Of a stretch of 64,000 nucleotides of DNA, positions 10,316 to 20,610 are shown piece after piece (the first letter of the stretch is position 1; each line of letters opens with the position of its first letter). The notes under the pieces are model-generated. The model did no database searches, had not been told where the DNA came from, and worked only from the letters and a program-made list of their open reading frames with translations. Source of the DNA: a bacterium (GTDB taxonomy: Bacteria > Ratteibacteria > UBA8468 > B48-G9 > DTJG01); NCBI GenBank assembly GCA_029552985.1, contig JAKPDB010000176.1, forward strand, positions 798-64,797, written 5' to 3'. The position numbers and the translations under genes were made by a program.

Positions 10316-11378
10316 TTAAAAATTTCCTTTTTACAGCAATAATCATGAGTATAAAGATTACCGGAGCTATGAAAAACATAAAACTATTATTGGTTTTCAA
10401 CGCGATACCCTCACCAATAAGAATTATAAAGTAAGAGGCAAGTCCTATACACAGACCAATCCCGAGTATCTGTAAATACCCCATCGCCCTGATTCCTATA
10501 CCAGCATAAAACCCTATAAACACATAAAATAAAGGCAGCATTGCAAAGAAAATTCTTTTAAAAAGTACTAAGAGAATTTCATTTTTATTTATGTGGGTAC
10601 CCGTTGTGGTCAAAAGCATAAGAAAATCCATTTCCTTGATTTTTCTCTGAGGAAAAACATCCATAATTTTTCTATAAGGTAAAGAAAACGAATAAACATC
10701 AAAATACACCTTCATAAGCAATCTTTCCTTTTTTATGGAATGCGTCTCAATGAAACCATTCTCAAGGAAAAGATATAGAAATCCTTCTTTGTCTACTTGT
10801 AGATGGGCTTTTTCTGACCTAATAAAACACACCGAATCAGAACCCTCTCTGTAACAAATTAAGATATTGTAAAAATTTTTGTTCATCACTTTACCAACAT
10901 AAATGGTTAATCCAGGAAAATCTCTGATCAATGTTTGACTTCTGAATAGCTTCATTGGTTCATCAATGTTTGCCTGATTTAGTAATAATCTCTTTTTATA
11001 CATTGAATGTGGGGACAGAAAAAAGCATAACCACCAACTCAACAAAACAAATATCGCTCCAAGCAACACAAAGTATTTAACTATCTGTTTTGCTGAAATC
11101 CCTGATGTTAAAAAAATCCAGTATTCTCTATCCATGTTTATTCTTGCCACAGTACCTGCCACAGCTGTCAAGAAGGAAAGAGAAACAATATCAGGACATA
11201 TCTCAAAAAAGGAGAATAGAAAAAATCTCACAACAGTTACAGGAGTAAAAAAATGGTTTATAATTAAATCTGTCAGCCATAAAAGGGCCCTAAGCATAAA
11301 GATAAATGTAAATATAAAAAAGGCAACGACATAAAAATTGAAAAATTCTGCATAAAGATAATTTTTTTGTAATCTCAT
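10305..11378 (-). CDS. lptF: LPS export ABC permease LptF-like (YjgP/YjgQ family)
   Basis: Same architecture as the downstream paralogue, which it overlaps by 11 nt. Confidence 0.7.
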   Translation of the reverse strand: MRLQKNYLYAEFFNFYVVAFFIFTFIFMLRALLWLTDLIINHFFTPVTVVRFFLFSFFEICPDIVSLSFLTAVAGTVARINMDREYWIFLTSGISAKQIVKYFVLLGAIFVLLSWWLCFFLSPHSMYKKRLLLNQANIDEPMKLFRSQTLIRDFPGLTIYVGKVMNKNFYNILICYREGSDSVCFIRSEKAHLQVDKEGFLYLFLENGFIETHSIKKERLLMKVYFDVYSFSLPYRKIMDVFPQRKIKEMDFLMLLTTTGTHINKNEILLVLFKRIFFAMLPLFYVFIGFYAGIGIRAMGYLQILGIGLCIGLASYFIILIGEGIALKTNNSFMFFIAPVIFILMIIAVKRKFLNVT

Positions 11379-12024
11379 GGCTTTAAAAAAATTAAAATTT
11401 TTATTATTTCATCATATCACAGACATGGTTTTTCCAGAAAAATGTTGCGGGTGTGAGCAACAGGCCGCGATTGAAAAATATTGCTTCTGTAGTAATTGTC
11501 TCAACCATATTACAGCTGCTCCATCTGTGTACGGGCGAATATTTTCGCTTGCCATATACGAAGGACCTGTGATGAAGGCAATTCACGCATATAAGTATGA
11601 AAAAAAGAAATGGATTGCACATTCGTTTGCGACCTGGATGCACGATTTTCTTATCCAGCATCCAGAAATCCAGTTTGATATCATTGTTCCAGTACCATTA
11701 CACCCGATAAAAGAATTCAGAAGATCATTTAATCAGAGCTGGCTGATGGCATTTTATCTCGGCAAGATGCAAGGAAAACCCGCTGTTTACCATGCACTTG
11801 TAAAGATCAGAAATAATCGCTCACAAACAAATTTAGATAGCGACGAAAGAAAAGAAAATGTCGCAGGCGTGTACAAGGTTAGCAGGATTTCCATCATTAA
11901 AGACAAAAACATTCTTCTCATCGATGATGTCTATACAACAGGGGCAACTATTGAAGAGGTATATAAAACCCTGAGAAGAAATGGAGCCAGACAAGTAAAG
12001 ATATTGACAGTAGCAAAGGCATAA
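11377..12024 (+). CDS. comF: ComF-family phosphoribosyltransferase-domain protein
   Basis: N-terminal Cys cluster FPEKCCGCE...CSNC and a C-terminal PRT motif ILLIDDVYTTGAT. Confidence 0.8.
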   Translation: MALKKLKFLLFHHITDMVFPEKCCGCEQQAAIEKYCFCSNCLNHITAAPSVYGRIFSLAIYEGPVMKAIHAYKYEKKKWIAHSFATWMHDFLIQHPEIQFDIIVPVPLHPIKEFRRSFNQSWLMAFYLGKMQGKPAVYHALVKIRNNRSQTNLDSDERKENVAGVYKVSRISIIKDKNILLIDDVYTTGATIEEVYKTLRRNGARQVKILTVAKA

Positions 12025-12041
12025 TAGAAATTTATAAAATT

Positions 12042-12070
12042 TTGACCGCAAGACCAATTTCTTGTAACAT
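12042..12070 (+). promoter_or_regulatory. putative sigma70-type promoter (TTGACC-17-TAACAT) upstream of the leuD-like gene
   Basis: TTGACC at 12042-12047, a 17 nt spacer, then TAACAT at 12065-12070. GGAGG at 12083-12087 precedes the ATG at 12094. Confidence 0.3.
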
Positions 12071-12093
12071 ATATTATTTGGAAGGAGGAAATC

Positions 12094-12591
12094 ATGATAT
12101 TAACCGGGAAGTCCCACAAATTCGGTGATGACATTAATACTGATTATATTATTTCGGGGCGATATAAATTCAAAACTCTGGACATGTCTGAACTTGCATC
12201 CCATATATTTGAAGATATTGACCCTGATTTTTCAAAAAAACTGAATCCAGGAGATTTTATCGTTGCAGGCAATAACTTTGGATGCGGTTCTTCACGGGAA
12301 CAAGCTGTGCTGGCTTTAAAATACGCAAAAATTGGAGCAATTATCGCAAAAAGTTTTGCCAGAATTTTTTTTCGAAACGGCATAAATGTGGGACTCGTTT
12401 TGATAGAGACAAATACCGATTTGATTTCTCAAGACGATGTTTTGGAAATCGACCTGACGAATGGGCAAATTTTTAACGAAACTCAAAATATTCATATTCC
12501 TGTGAAACCACTGCCGGATTTCTTGATCAAAATCATTAATGAAGGTGGAATAATTAATTATCTCAAAAAATACAAGGATTTTCAGATATGA
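12094..12591 (+). CDS. aconitase-superfamily small subunit (LeuD/HacB-like, short 165 aa type), paralogue 1
   Basis: GDDINTDYIISGRY... and [14 protein letters not shown] are present. No large subunit lies adjacent. Confidence 0.8.
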   Translation: MILTGKSHKFGDDINTDYIISGRYKFKTLDMSELASHIFEDIDPDFSKKLNPGDFIVAGNNFGCGSSREQAVLALKYAKIGAIIAKSFARIFFRNGINVGLVLIETNTDLISQDDVLEIDLTNGQIFNETQNIHIPVKPLPDFLIKIINEGGIINYLKKYKDFQI

Positions 12592-13667
12592 AAAAACATA
12601 AAATCACATTAATCCCGGGCGACGGTATAGGACCGGAATTGACAGAAGTCACAAAACGATGCATTGAGGCAACCGGTGTTAGCATTGATTGGGAGGTATG
12701 CGAAGCAGGCATTCCTGCAATCGAAAAATTTGGAGATCCTCTGCCAGAAAATACAATTCAATCCATCAAGAAAAATAAGGTTTGTCTGAAAGGACCAATC
12801 ACCACACCCGTAGGCACTGGATATAGAAGTATTAATGTGGCTTTGAGACAGGTCTTTAATCTCTATGCTTGCGTCAGGCCATTTAAAGTTTATAAAGGTG
12901 CAAGAACATTTTATCAAAACATTGACCTGGTAGTCGTAAGAGAAAACATGGAAGACCTTTATGCTGGGATTGAATTTGAAATGGGAAAACCTGAAACGCT
13001 GTCAATTATTCAAGAAATTGATAATCTGTCCGGGAAAAAAATTAGTGCGGATTCAGGTATTAGCATAAAACCAATATCGATTTCAGGAACAACGAGAATT
13101 GTGAAGTTTGCATTTGACTACGCAAGAAAAAATAGAAGGAAAAAGGTTACTGCCGTACATAAGGCAAACATTATGAAATTTACAGATGGCTTGTTCCTTG
13201 ACGTTGCACGAAAAGTAGCGCTTGAGTATCCTGATATTGAGTTTGAAGACAGAATTGTGGACAACATGGCAATGCAACTGGTACAAAAACCACAAAAATA
13301 TGATGTTCTGGTGTGCCCAAATCTATATGGGGACATTCTCTCTGACTTATGCGCAGGCCTTGTTGGTGGACTTGGACTCTCACCAGGAGCAAACTATGGG
13401 GACCATGTCGCGATTTTCGAGCCGACGCATGGAAGCGCACCCAAATACGCAGGCAAAAATGTTGTAAACCCATCTGCACAGATACTTGCCGCGGTTTTGA
13501 TGCTTTATTATATTGACGAAAAAGCCGCAGCTAAAAAACTTGAAGACGCATTATCCCGGGTTATTGAAAAGGGAGAATATACCACCTATGATTTCAGACC
13601 TGAAGGAACAGCAGGAGCAAGTACCACTGAAATGGGACAAGCGATTATAAAGGAAATGGAGGATTAA
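12588..13667 (+). CDS. beta-decarboxylating dehydrogenase of the isocitrate/homoisocitrate dehydrogenase type
   Basis: Contains LIPGDGIGPE, SINVALRQVFNLYACVRP, VVVRENMEDLYAG and NLYGDILSD. Shares an ATGA overlap with the preceding gene. Confidence 0.8.
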   Translation: MKKHKITLIPGDGIGPELTEVTKRCIEATGVSIDWEVCEAGIPAIEKFGDPLPENTIQSIKKNKVCLKGPITTPVGTGYRSINVALRQVFNLYACVRPFKVYKGARTFYQNIDLVVVRENMEDLYAGIEFEMGKPETLSIIQEIDNLSGKKISADSGISIKPISISGTTRIVKFAFDYARKNRRKKVTAVHKANIMKFTDGLFLDVARKVALEYPDIEFEDRIVDNMAMQLVQKPQKYDVLVCPNLYGDILSDLCAGLVGGLGLSPGANYGDHVAIFEPTHGSAPKYAGKNVVNPSAQILAAVLMLYYIDEKAAAKKLEDALSRVIEKGEYTTYDFRPEGTAGASTTEMGQAIIKEMED

Positions 13668-14939
13668 ATGGTAACAGTGGTTGTTGGAACCCAGTGGGGA
13701 GACGAAGGCAAAGGTAAAATTATAGATACCCTGGCAGGTCAGCATGACATTGTTGCAAGATATCAGGGTGGAGCGAATGCAGGACATACTGTCGTCTGGA
13801 ATAATCAAAAATTTGTTTTTCATCTGATACCATCTGGACTTCTTCATCACAATGTCGTAGGAGTTCTTGGAAACGGGGTGGTGCTAGATCCATTTTCTTT
13901 TTTCCATGAAATGACAGATCTTGAAAATCGCGGCATAGATTTCACAAATCGTCTTTTTATCGCAGAAAATGCTCATTTAACTCTGCCGTATCATAAAATT
14001 CTTGATCAAATTGAAGATAACAAGCGGGGCAAAGAAAAATTAGGAACCACTGGTAGGGGGATCGGAACTACATATGCTGATAAATATGGAAGAATAGGAG
14101 TCAGGGTCGCTGATTTTCTGAATGAAGAAGTATTTGTAAAAAAGCTCAACATTGCACTTGAGTTGAAAAATTATCTGTTTCAGCAATACTACAGGGAATC
14201 CACTATAAACGTGGAACAACTGGTTGAAGAATACAGTAAATACAGAAAAAAATTTAGAGAACTTGCAATCGATGTTTCGGCGTACTTGAACGATGCGATT
14301 GAACATGGCAAAACAATTCTGGCAGAAGGAGCTCAGGGAACATTTCTCGATATTGATTTTGGAACATATCCTTATGTCACTGCTTCCAATCCTATTTCCG
14401 GAGGCGCTTGCACAGGCCTTGGAATAAGCCCCAAAAAAATTACAAAAATCATTGGCGTTGCAAAGGCTTATACCACCAGGGTCGGAATGGGACCATTCCC
14501 TACAGAGATCAAGGATGATCTGAATGAAAAGCTAAGAACAGCTGGCAATGAGTTCGGCGCAACAACAGGTAGACCAAGAAGGTGTGGGTGGTTTGATGCT
14601 GTCATTGTGAAATATGCAGCAATGTTGAATGGACTGGATGAACTTATCATTACGAAACTGGATGTTCTTTCAGGTCTGAAAACTATTAAGGTTGGAGTAA
14701 AATATTATTATAAAGGGGATGAGATTAACAAATATCCCCTTGATACAAATGTGTTTGAAAATGTTGAAGTTGAATACAAGGCATTCCAGGGATGGGATGA
14801 AAATATCAGCAGTGTTTCTGATTTTTATCATTTACCTGCAAATGCCAAAAAATATATTGAAAAAATTGAAGAACTTGTCAATACAAAAATTACTGCCATA
14901 TCAGTTGGCTCTTCACGAGACCAGATTATATCACGGTAA
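13668..14939 (+). CDS. purA: adenylosuccinate synthase
   Basis: GTQWGDEGKGKIID and GTTGRGIG motifs; 423 aa. Confidence 0.95.
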   Translation: MVTVVVGTQWGDEGKGKIIDTLAGQHDIVARYQGGANAGHTVVWNNQKFVFHLIPSGLLHHNVVGVLGNGVVLDPFSFFHEMTDLENRGIDFTNRLFIAENAHLTLPYHKILDQIEDNKRGKEKLGTTGRGIGTTYADKYGRIGVRVADFLNEEVFVKKLNIALELKNYLFQQYYRESTINVEQLVEEYSKYRKKFRELAIDVSAYLNDAIEHGKTILAEGAQGTFLDIDFGTYPYVTASNPISGGACTGLGISPKKITKIIGVAKAYTTRVGMGPFPTEIKDDLNEKLRTAGNEFGATTGRPRRCGWFDAVIVKYAAMLNGLDELIITKLDVLSGLKTIKVGVKYYYKGDEINKYPLDTNVFENVEVEYKAFQGWDENISSVSDFYHLPANAKKYIEKIEELVNTKITAISVGSSRDQIISR

Positions 14940-14981
14940 AATTTCCATTTTCTCAGAAAATAACATAATTCATTGAAATTC

Positions 14982-15010
14982 TTGACATTTAATATCGGGC
15001 ATCTTATAAT
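14982..15010 (+). promoter_or_regulatory. consensus sigma70-type promoter TTGACA-17-TATAAT upstream of ilvB
   Basis: TTGACA at 14982-14987, an exact 17 nt spacer, then TATAAT at 15005-15010. The predicted 5' UTR is about 80 nt. Confidence 0.55.
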
Positions 15011-15096
15011 TGAGTAAATCTCCAGAGCAGGTGTACAGCACTAAATTTTTTTAAAAAATTGAAAAAGCACAGACAGCTGTGTAAACAGGAGAATGG

Positions 15097-16767
15097 ATGA
15101 AAGGATCGCAGATAATCGTCGAATGTTTAAAGAAAGAGAAGGTTGAGGTGATTTTTGGTTATCCAGGAGGCGTTATATTGCCATTGTGTGATGCATTATA
15201 TGACAGTGGAATTAGATTTATTCTCACACGACATGAACAGGGTGCTGCGCATGCTGCAGATGGTTATGCAAGAGCTTCTGGAAAAGTGGGAGTTTGTCTT
15301 GCAACATCAGGACCAGGCGCCACTAATCTTACTACTGGAATAGCAACTGCGTATATGGATTCCATACCGTTGATAGCCATTACAGGTCAGGTTGCAACTC
15401 AGTTAATTGGCAACGATGCCTTTCAGGAAGTTGATACAACCGGTATTTCAAGGCCAATTACAAAACACAATTATCTTGTAAAAAGTACTGAACATCTTTC
15501 AAGAGTATTCAAAGAAGCCTTCTTCATCGCGAGAACTGGAAAACCAGGACCAGTTCTTATAGATATTCCGGTTGATGTTCAAAGAGGAGAAGCAGATTTT
15601 GTTTATCCTGAAACAATTGAAATCAGAAGTTACAAACCAGTGTATCATGGACATCCGCTTCAGATTGAACGCGCGCTATCATTAATCGACTCATCCAGGC
15701 AGCCACTTATTCTTGCGGGAGGCGGCGTCATAAGTGCCAATGCTTCTGAAGAACTTAGAAAGTTTGCGGAGAAAACAAATATTCCAGTTGCCCTCACATT
15801 GATGGGCCTGGGGAGTTTTCCAACTGAACATCCACTTCATCTTGGAATGGTTGGTATGCACGGAACACGATATGGCAATAATGCCATAATGGAAACAGAC
15901 CTTTTGATTGCAATAGGATGTCGATTTGACGATAGAGTAACAGGAAAAATTAGTGAATTTGCACCACATGCAAAAATTATCCATATTGACATTGACCCTG
16001 CATCTATTGGCAAAAATGTTCCGGTGGAAATACCAATTGTAGGGGATGTCAAAATTGTTCTTTCTCAGATGCTAAAAAACTGTCCAAAGCCAAAAATAAA
16101 AGAATGGCTTGAAAAAATACAGCAATGGAAGGAAAAATACCCTCTCGCTTACAAAAATACTGATGGGCTCAAGCCACAGTTTGTGGTTGAAACTATTTCT
16201 GAACTTACACAAGGTGAAGCCATCATCGCAACAGAAGTAGGACAGAACCAGATGTGGGCGGCGCAATATTATAAATTCAAACATCCAAGAACATTCATAA
16301 CTTCTGGAGGATTGGGAACCATGGGATTCGGTTTTCCTGCTGCAATAGGTGCACAGGTGGCACGCAGAGATAAGATTGTCATAGATATAGCAGGAGATGG
16401 CAGCATCCAGATGAATATTCAGGAACTCAGCACAGCAGTTTCAGAAAAAATTCCGGTTAAGGTAGTGATTTTGAATAATTGTCATCTCGGTATGGTAAGA
16501 CAGTGGCAGGAACTTTTCTATAACAAAAGATATGCCTTTACCTGTTTGAAGGGAAAACAGCCAGATTTTGTTAAAATCGCAGAAGCATATGGAGCGATTG
16601 GTTATAGAGTCACTAAAAAAACAGAGCTAAAGAAGATACTTACCAGGGCACTGTCCCATAATGACGGACCTGTGTTTGTGGATTGCCATGTAGAACCAGA
16701 AGAAAATGTCTTTCCTATGGTACCAGCAGGAGCAAGTTTAAAAGAAATGATTGGAGGGCTCGCATAA
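15097..16767 (+). CDS. ilvB: acetolactate synthase large (catalytic) subunit
   Basis: ThDP enzyme with [14 protein letters not shown] and [16 protein letters not shown] motifs; 556 aa. The regulatory subunit follows directly. Confidence 0.92.
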   Translation: MKGSQIIVECLKKEKVEVIFGYPGGVILPLCDALYDSGIRFILTRHEQGAAHAADGYARASGKVGVCLATSGPGATNLTTGIATAYMDSIPLIAITGQVATQLIGNDAFQEVDTTGISRPITKHNYLVKSTEHLSRVFKEAFFIARTGKPGPVLIDIPVDVQRGEADFVYPETIEIRSYKPVYHGHPLQIERALSLIDSSRQPLILAGGGVISANASEELRKFAEKTNIPVALTLMGLGSFPTEHPLHLGMVGMHGTRYGNNAIMETDLLIAIGCRFDDRVTGKISEFAPHAKIIHIDIDPASIGKNVPVEIPIVGDVKIVLSQMLKNCPKPKIKEWLEKIQQWKEKYPLAYKNTDGLKPQFVVETISELTQGEAIIATEVGQNQMWAAQYYKFKHPRTFITSGGLGTMGFGFPAAIGAQVARRDKIVIDIAGDGSIQMNIQELSTAVSEKIPVKVVILNNCHLGMVRQWQELFYNKRYAFTCLKGKQPDFVKIAEAYGAIGYRVTKKTELKKILTRALSHNDGPVFVDCHVEPEENVFPMVPAGASLKEMIGGLA

Positions 16768-17271
16768 ATGGTGGAAAAAAATCAGCATATTATTTCAGTC
16801 ACTGTGGAAAATAGGTCCGGTGTTCTTGCAAGAATCGCAGGATTGTTTTCAGCCCGTGGTTATAACATTGATAGCCTCGCAGTTGCAGAAACAGAAGATC
16901 CCACTGTTTCAAGAATGTCAATTGTTGTAAGGGGAGATGAAAAAATACTTGAACAAATATACAAGCAGCTCAATAAACTCATTGATGTAATTAAGGTTCA
17001 GGATTTAACCTCGGAAGAACATATTGAAAGGGAACTTGTACTTCTGAAAGTAAATACAGCAAACAGCAATATTAGAAATGAAATTGTACAATTGGTAAAT
17101 ATTTTTCGTGCAAAAATTGTTGACGTAGGCAGAAAAAGTCTTACGATAGAACTTGTAGGTAGTAGACCCAAGGTTGAGGCAATGATAGACCTTATGAAGG
17201 GATTCGGGATAAAAGAAATCACAAGGACAGGAAGAATCGCTATTTGCAGAGAAGCTGGAAAAGAGAAGTAA
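16768..17271 (+). CDS. ilvN: acetolactate synthase small (regulatory) subunit
   Basis: ACT domain ([31 protein letters not shown]); 167 aa. Confidence 0.92.
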   Translation: MVEKNQHIISVTVENRSGVLARIAGLFSARGYNIDSLAVAETEDPTVSRMSIVVRGDEKILEQIYKQLNKLIDVIKVQDLTSEEHIERELVLLKVNTANSNIRNEIVQLVNIFRAKIVDVGRKSLTIELVGSRPKVEAMIDLMKGFGIKEITRTGRIAICREAGKEK

Positions 17272-17303
17272 ACAATTTACCTTTTAATCAGTCGGAGGAG
17301 AAA

Positions 17304-18302
17304 ATGGCAAAAATTTATTATGATAATGATGCTGATTTAGGCGTTTTGAAAAACAAAACAGTGGGAATTATTGGTTATGGAAGTCAGGGTAGGGCACACG
17401 CATTAAATCTAAGAGACAGCGGAATAAATGTCATGGTATCCGAGTTGAAAGGAACCAACAACTGGATACTTGCTGAAAAGGATAATTTTGCTCCCACCAG
17501 CACTGCTGATCTGGTAAGAAAAGCAGATGTCATGATGATGTTAACCCAGGATAACCTTCAACCTGCTGTGTATGAAAATGAAATAAAATCAAATATCAAG
17601 AATGGACAGGCACTTGGTTTTGCTCACGGGTTTTCAATTGTTTATAGTCAGGTCAAAGTCCCTTCAACCATTGACGTATTTATGGTTGCACCAAAGGGAC
17701 CTGGAGATCTAGTAAGAACCCAATTTCTGGAAGGGAAAGGCGTACCATGCCTTGTCGCTGTTGAACAAAATCCTACTGGGAATGCATTAAAGATTGCCCT
17801 CGCTTATGCCAAAGCACTTGGAGGAACCAGATGCGGAGTTGTTGAAACCACGTTTCAAGAAGAAACAGAAACTGACCTGTTTGGTGAGCAGGTTGTACTA
17901 TGCGGTGGTGTTACTGAACTAATCAAAGCATCATTTGAAACACTGGTAGAAGCAGGTTATCAACCTGAAATTGCCTATTATGAAACATGCCATGAATTGA
18001 AACTCATTGTTGATTTGATTATAGAAAGAGGTATACAGGGTATGCGAAAGGTAATCAGTGATACTGCTGAATATGGAGACATGACAAGAGGACCAAGAAT
18101 TATCAACGAATCCGTTCGCCAGGAAATGAAGAAAATCTTAAAGGAAGTTCAGGAAGGGACATTTGCCCGCGAATGGATACTTGAAAATAAGGTCGGTAGA
18201 CCCGTATTTAATGCACTTGCAAAAAAAGCTGAAAAACATCTCATAGAAGAAATCGGAGCAAAAATGAGAAGCATGATGCCATGGTTAAAAAAGACACGAT
18301 AA
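17304..18302 (+). CDS. ilvC: ketol-acid reductoisomerase (class I)
   Basis: [12 protein letters not shown]...[17 protein letters not shown]. The ATG at 17304 is preceded by GGAGGAG. The track start at 17244 overlaps ilvN. Confidence 0.93.
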   Translation: MAKIYYDNDADLGVLKNKTVGIIGYGSQGRAHALNLRDSGINVMVSELKGTNNWILAEKDNFAPTSTADLVRKADVMMMLTQDNLQPAVYENEIKSNIKNGQALGFAHGFSIVYSQVKVPSTIDVFMVAPKGPGDLVRTQFLEGKGVPCLVAVEQNPTGNALKIALAYAKALGGTRCGVVETTFQEETETDLFGEQVVLCGGVTELIKASFETLVEAGYQPEIAYYETCHELKLIVDLIIERGIQGMRKVISDTAEYGDMTRGPRIINESVRQEMKKILKEVQEGTFAREWILENKVGRPVFNALAKKAEKHLIEEIGAKMRSMMPWLKKTR

Positions 18303-18350
18303 ATTACGATAAATTTGCAACTGGAACTGCAGCTCAACATTGGAGGGCGT

Positions 18351-19013
18351 ATGAATGAACTTTTATTGGCCCCCACAAAAGAACTTATTAATAAACTGGG
18401 CGGCGCAATTTCAAAATTGCTTTTCGGATTGCTGGTTTTTATTGTGGGGTGGATTGTTGCCAAGGTTTTTAAAATTCTGGCGACAAAATTCTTAAAGATG
18501 CTCAAAATTGATAAACTCGTTGAGGACTCTGGATTTCGAGAAATATTACTGAGAGGTCAAATAACAAAAGAACCATCTGAGTTACTTGCGAGTGTGATAT
18601 ACTGGTTGCTTCTCATTGTTGTTGTATTCCTGTCTATCAATGTGGCAGGTGTTCCCATTCCCCCGGACGTTATCGAAAATCTCCTCTCCTTTATCCCGAA
18701 AATTATTATCGGTCTTATCCTGTTTATCGCGGCACTCCTGGTTGGCAATATCGTTGAAGGGGTTGTGAATACGGCAGCTGGAAACGCAGGGATACAAAAG
18801 TCGTATGTACTGGGAAAAACAGCAAAGACAGTGATTATCATATTCGGAGTAGTTCTTGCTCTCGATGAAATGGGCATTGGAGGAAACTTCGTCACATCAG
18901 TTTTTAACATTATTCTTGCCAGTGGAGCACTTGCATTCGCTCTTGCATTCGGACTTGGCGCAAAAGATGTGGTGAAAAACTGGCTTGAGGAATTTCTAAC
19001 AAAAAAACAATGA
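18351..19013 (+). CDS. small polytopic membrane protein with repeated conserved-TM-helix motifs (mechanosensitive-channel-associated type)
   Basis: Four to five hydrophobic helices with repeated ...GWIVAKV.../...ALLVGNIVEGVV... segments. The ATG at 18351 is preceded by GGAGGG. Confidence 0.5.
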   Translation: MNELLLAPTKELINKLGGAISKLLFGLLVFIVGWIVAKVFKILATKFLKMLKIDKLVEDSGFREILLRGQITKEPSELLASVIYWLLLIVVVFLSINVAGVPIPPDVIENLLSFIPKIIIGLILFIAALLVGNIVEGVVNTAAGNAGIQKSYVLGKTAKTVIIIFGVVLALDEMGIGGNFVTSVFNIILASGALAFALAFGLGAKDVVKNWLEEFLTKKQ

Positions 19014-19567
19014 GGGTGTTTTCAGGAATTAAATTGACGGATGAAGTGACTGACGAGATGGAGCAAATCATTGTGATGCTTTCAGAACATAAAAATATAA
19101 TAAAGGTTGTCCCTGCAAAAAATTTACATATCACACTAAGATTTCTTGGAAACATAGATGAAGAAAAGTATCAGGAGTTTCTTTTTAATCTGGAGAATGC
19201 GTTTAATTCTCTTACACCATTTTATGTGGACATACAGGGTATTGGATTTTTCCCAAATAAAAAGCATATAAGGGTTATCTGGGCCGGTGTTGAAAATCAT
19301 CCTTCTCTTTCACTCATCCATGATATCGTGGAAAACGCTGCAACAAAAATTGGTTTGCCTCCAGACAACAAATTTCATGCTCATGTCACTGTCGGAAGAA
19401 CTCGTTCTCAAATCACTCTGCACCTGGTGCAAGAACTCGAAGCCAAATTTCAGAATAAACGCTGGGGAAAAATAAAGGTTGACCACATTACAATTTTCGA
19501 ATCAGTGTTACATCAAACCGGGCCAGAATACAAAGAGCTTGCACAAATTCCCATAGGAGGAAACTAA
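19010..19567 (+). CDS. thpR: RNA 2',3'-cyclic phosphodiesterase (2H family, ThpR/LigT)
   Basis: Two HxT/S motifs (LHITLRFLG and AHVTVGR) about 85 aa apart; 185 aa. Confidence 0.8.
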   Translation: MRVFSGIKLTDEVTDEMEQIIVMLSEHKNIIKVVPAKNLHITLRFLGNIDEEKYQEFLFNLENAFNSLTPFYVDIQGIGFFPNKKHIRVIWAGVENHPSLSLIHDIVENAATKIGLPPDNKFHAHVTVGRTRSQITLHLVQELEAKFQNKRWGKIKVDHITIFESVLHQTGPEYKELAQIPIGGN

Positions 19568-19568
19568 A

Positions 19569-20597
19569 ATGGACAAAGAAAAAGCACTTTCGATGGCAAT
19601 CGAGCAAATTGAAAAAAACTTCGGTAAAGGTTCTATCATGAAACTCGGAGAAAAAACACGGCTCGAAGTGGATGTTATTCCAACAGGAGCAATTTCTCTT
19701 GATATCGCACTTGGTGTCGGAGGCATTCCAAGAGGAAGAATCACTGAAATCTTTGGACAGGAATCATCGGGAAAAACAACTCTGGCTTTACAGGTAATCG
19801 CAGAAGCGCAAAAAAATGGAGGTCAAGCTGCTTTCATTGATGCAGAACATGCCCTAAATCCAAATTACGCGCAGAAACTTGGGGTAAACCTGGATGAATT
19901 ACTGATAAGCCAGCCAGATACCGGAGAACAGGCACTTGAAATCGCAGAATCTCTAATACGAAGCAATGCAATTGATGTTGTTGTGATTGATTCTGTTGCA
20001 GCCCTTGTCCCAAGAGCTGAACTGGAAGGAGAAATGGGAGATTCTGTGATGGGACTTCAAGCACGATTAATGTCGCAAGCATTAAGGAAACTAACAGGTT
20101 ATATTAGCAAATCTCAGACAGCAGCCATTTTTATCAACCAGGTAAGGGAAAAAATTGGTGTGTTTTTTGGAAATCCCGAAACCACACCAGGTGGACGAGC
20201 GTTAAAATTTTATTCTTCTGTCAGACTTGAAGTACGCAGGATTGAAAATCTCAAAACAAGCCAGGGTGAAATGTATGGAATCAGAATAAAAACCAAGATT
20301 GTAAAGAATAAGGTTGCCCCACCTTTCAAAGAAGCAGAAATAGATATTCTGTTTGATTCAGGCGTCTCAAAAGAAGGTTCAGCAATAGATGCAGGATTAT
20401 CTCTTAACGTGATTGAAAAAAAGGGGAATCATTTCTATTTTGGCGAAAAAGCGCTTGGACATGGAAGAGAAAGCGCCATTAAGTACTTGAAAGATGATCC
20501 GGATTTATATAAACAATTGGTCAAGAAAATACGCCAAAGGGCCGGGCTGGAAAAAGAAGCAGAACAAACAGGTCAGGAAAAGGGAAAAACAAAATAA
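19569..20597 (+). CDS. recA: recombinase RecA
   Basis: [12 protein letters not shown] (Walker A) and [18 protein letters not shown]. Confidence 0.97.
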   Translation: MDKEKALSMAIEQIEKNFGKGSIMKLGEKTRLEVDVIPTGAISLDIALGVGGIPRGRITEIFGQESSGKTTLALQVIAEAQKNGGQAAFIDAEHALNPNYAQKLGVNLDELLISQPDTGEQALEIAESLIRSNAIDVVVIDSVAALVPRAELEGEMGDSVMGLQARLMSQALRKLTGYISKSQTAAIFINQVREKIGVFFGNPETTPGGRALKFYSSVRLEVRRIENLKTSQGEMYGIRIKTKIVKNKVAPPFKEAEIDILFDSGVSKEGSAIDAGLSLNVIEKKGNHFYFGEKALGHGRESAIKYLKDDPDLYKQLVKKIRQRAGLEKEAEQTGQEKGKTK

Positions 20598-20610
20598 CAC
20601 GGAGGGGAAA

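Noticed and set aside
15011-15096. Classical ilv attenuator (leader peptide + terminator) or T-box in the ilvB leader
   Set aside because: There is no short ORF rich in Ile/Val/Leu, no GC-rich hairpin followed by a U-tract, and no T-box conserved sequence. Only a 5-bp stem/8-bp palindrome is present.
20494-20610. 5'-extended ORF starts in the track (17244, 18315, 20494, 21820, 28172, 38342, 40543, 42347, 45372, 50867, 51844, 62722, 9282)
   Set aside because: The extensions overlap the preceding gene and encode Lys/Arg-rich or nonsense-like peptides. Each is followed by an internal ATG (or TTG for lpxK) with a GGAGG-type Shine-Dalgarno sequence, or placed right after the upstream stop, where the conserved family N-terminus begins.
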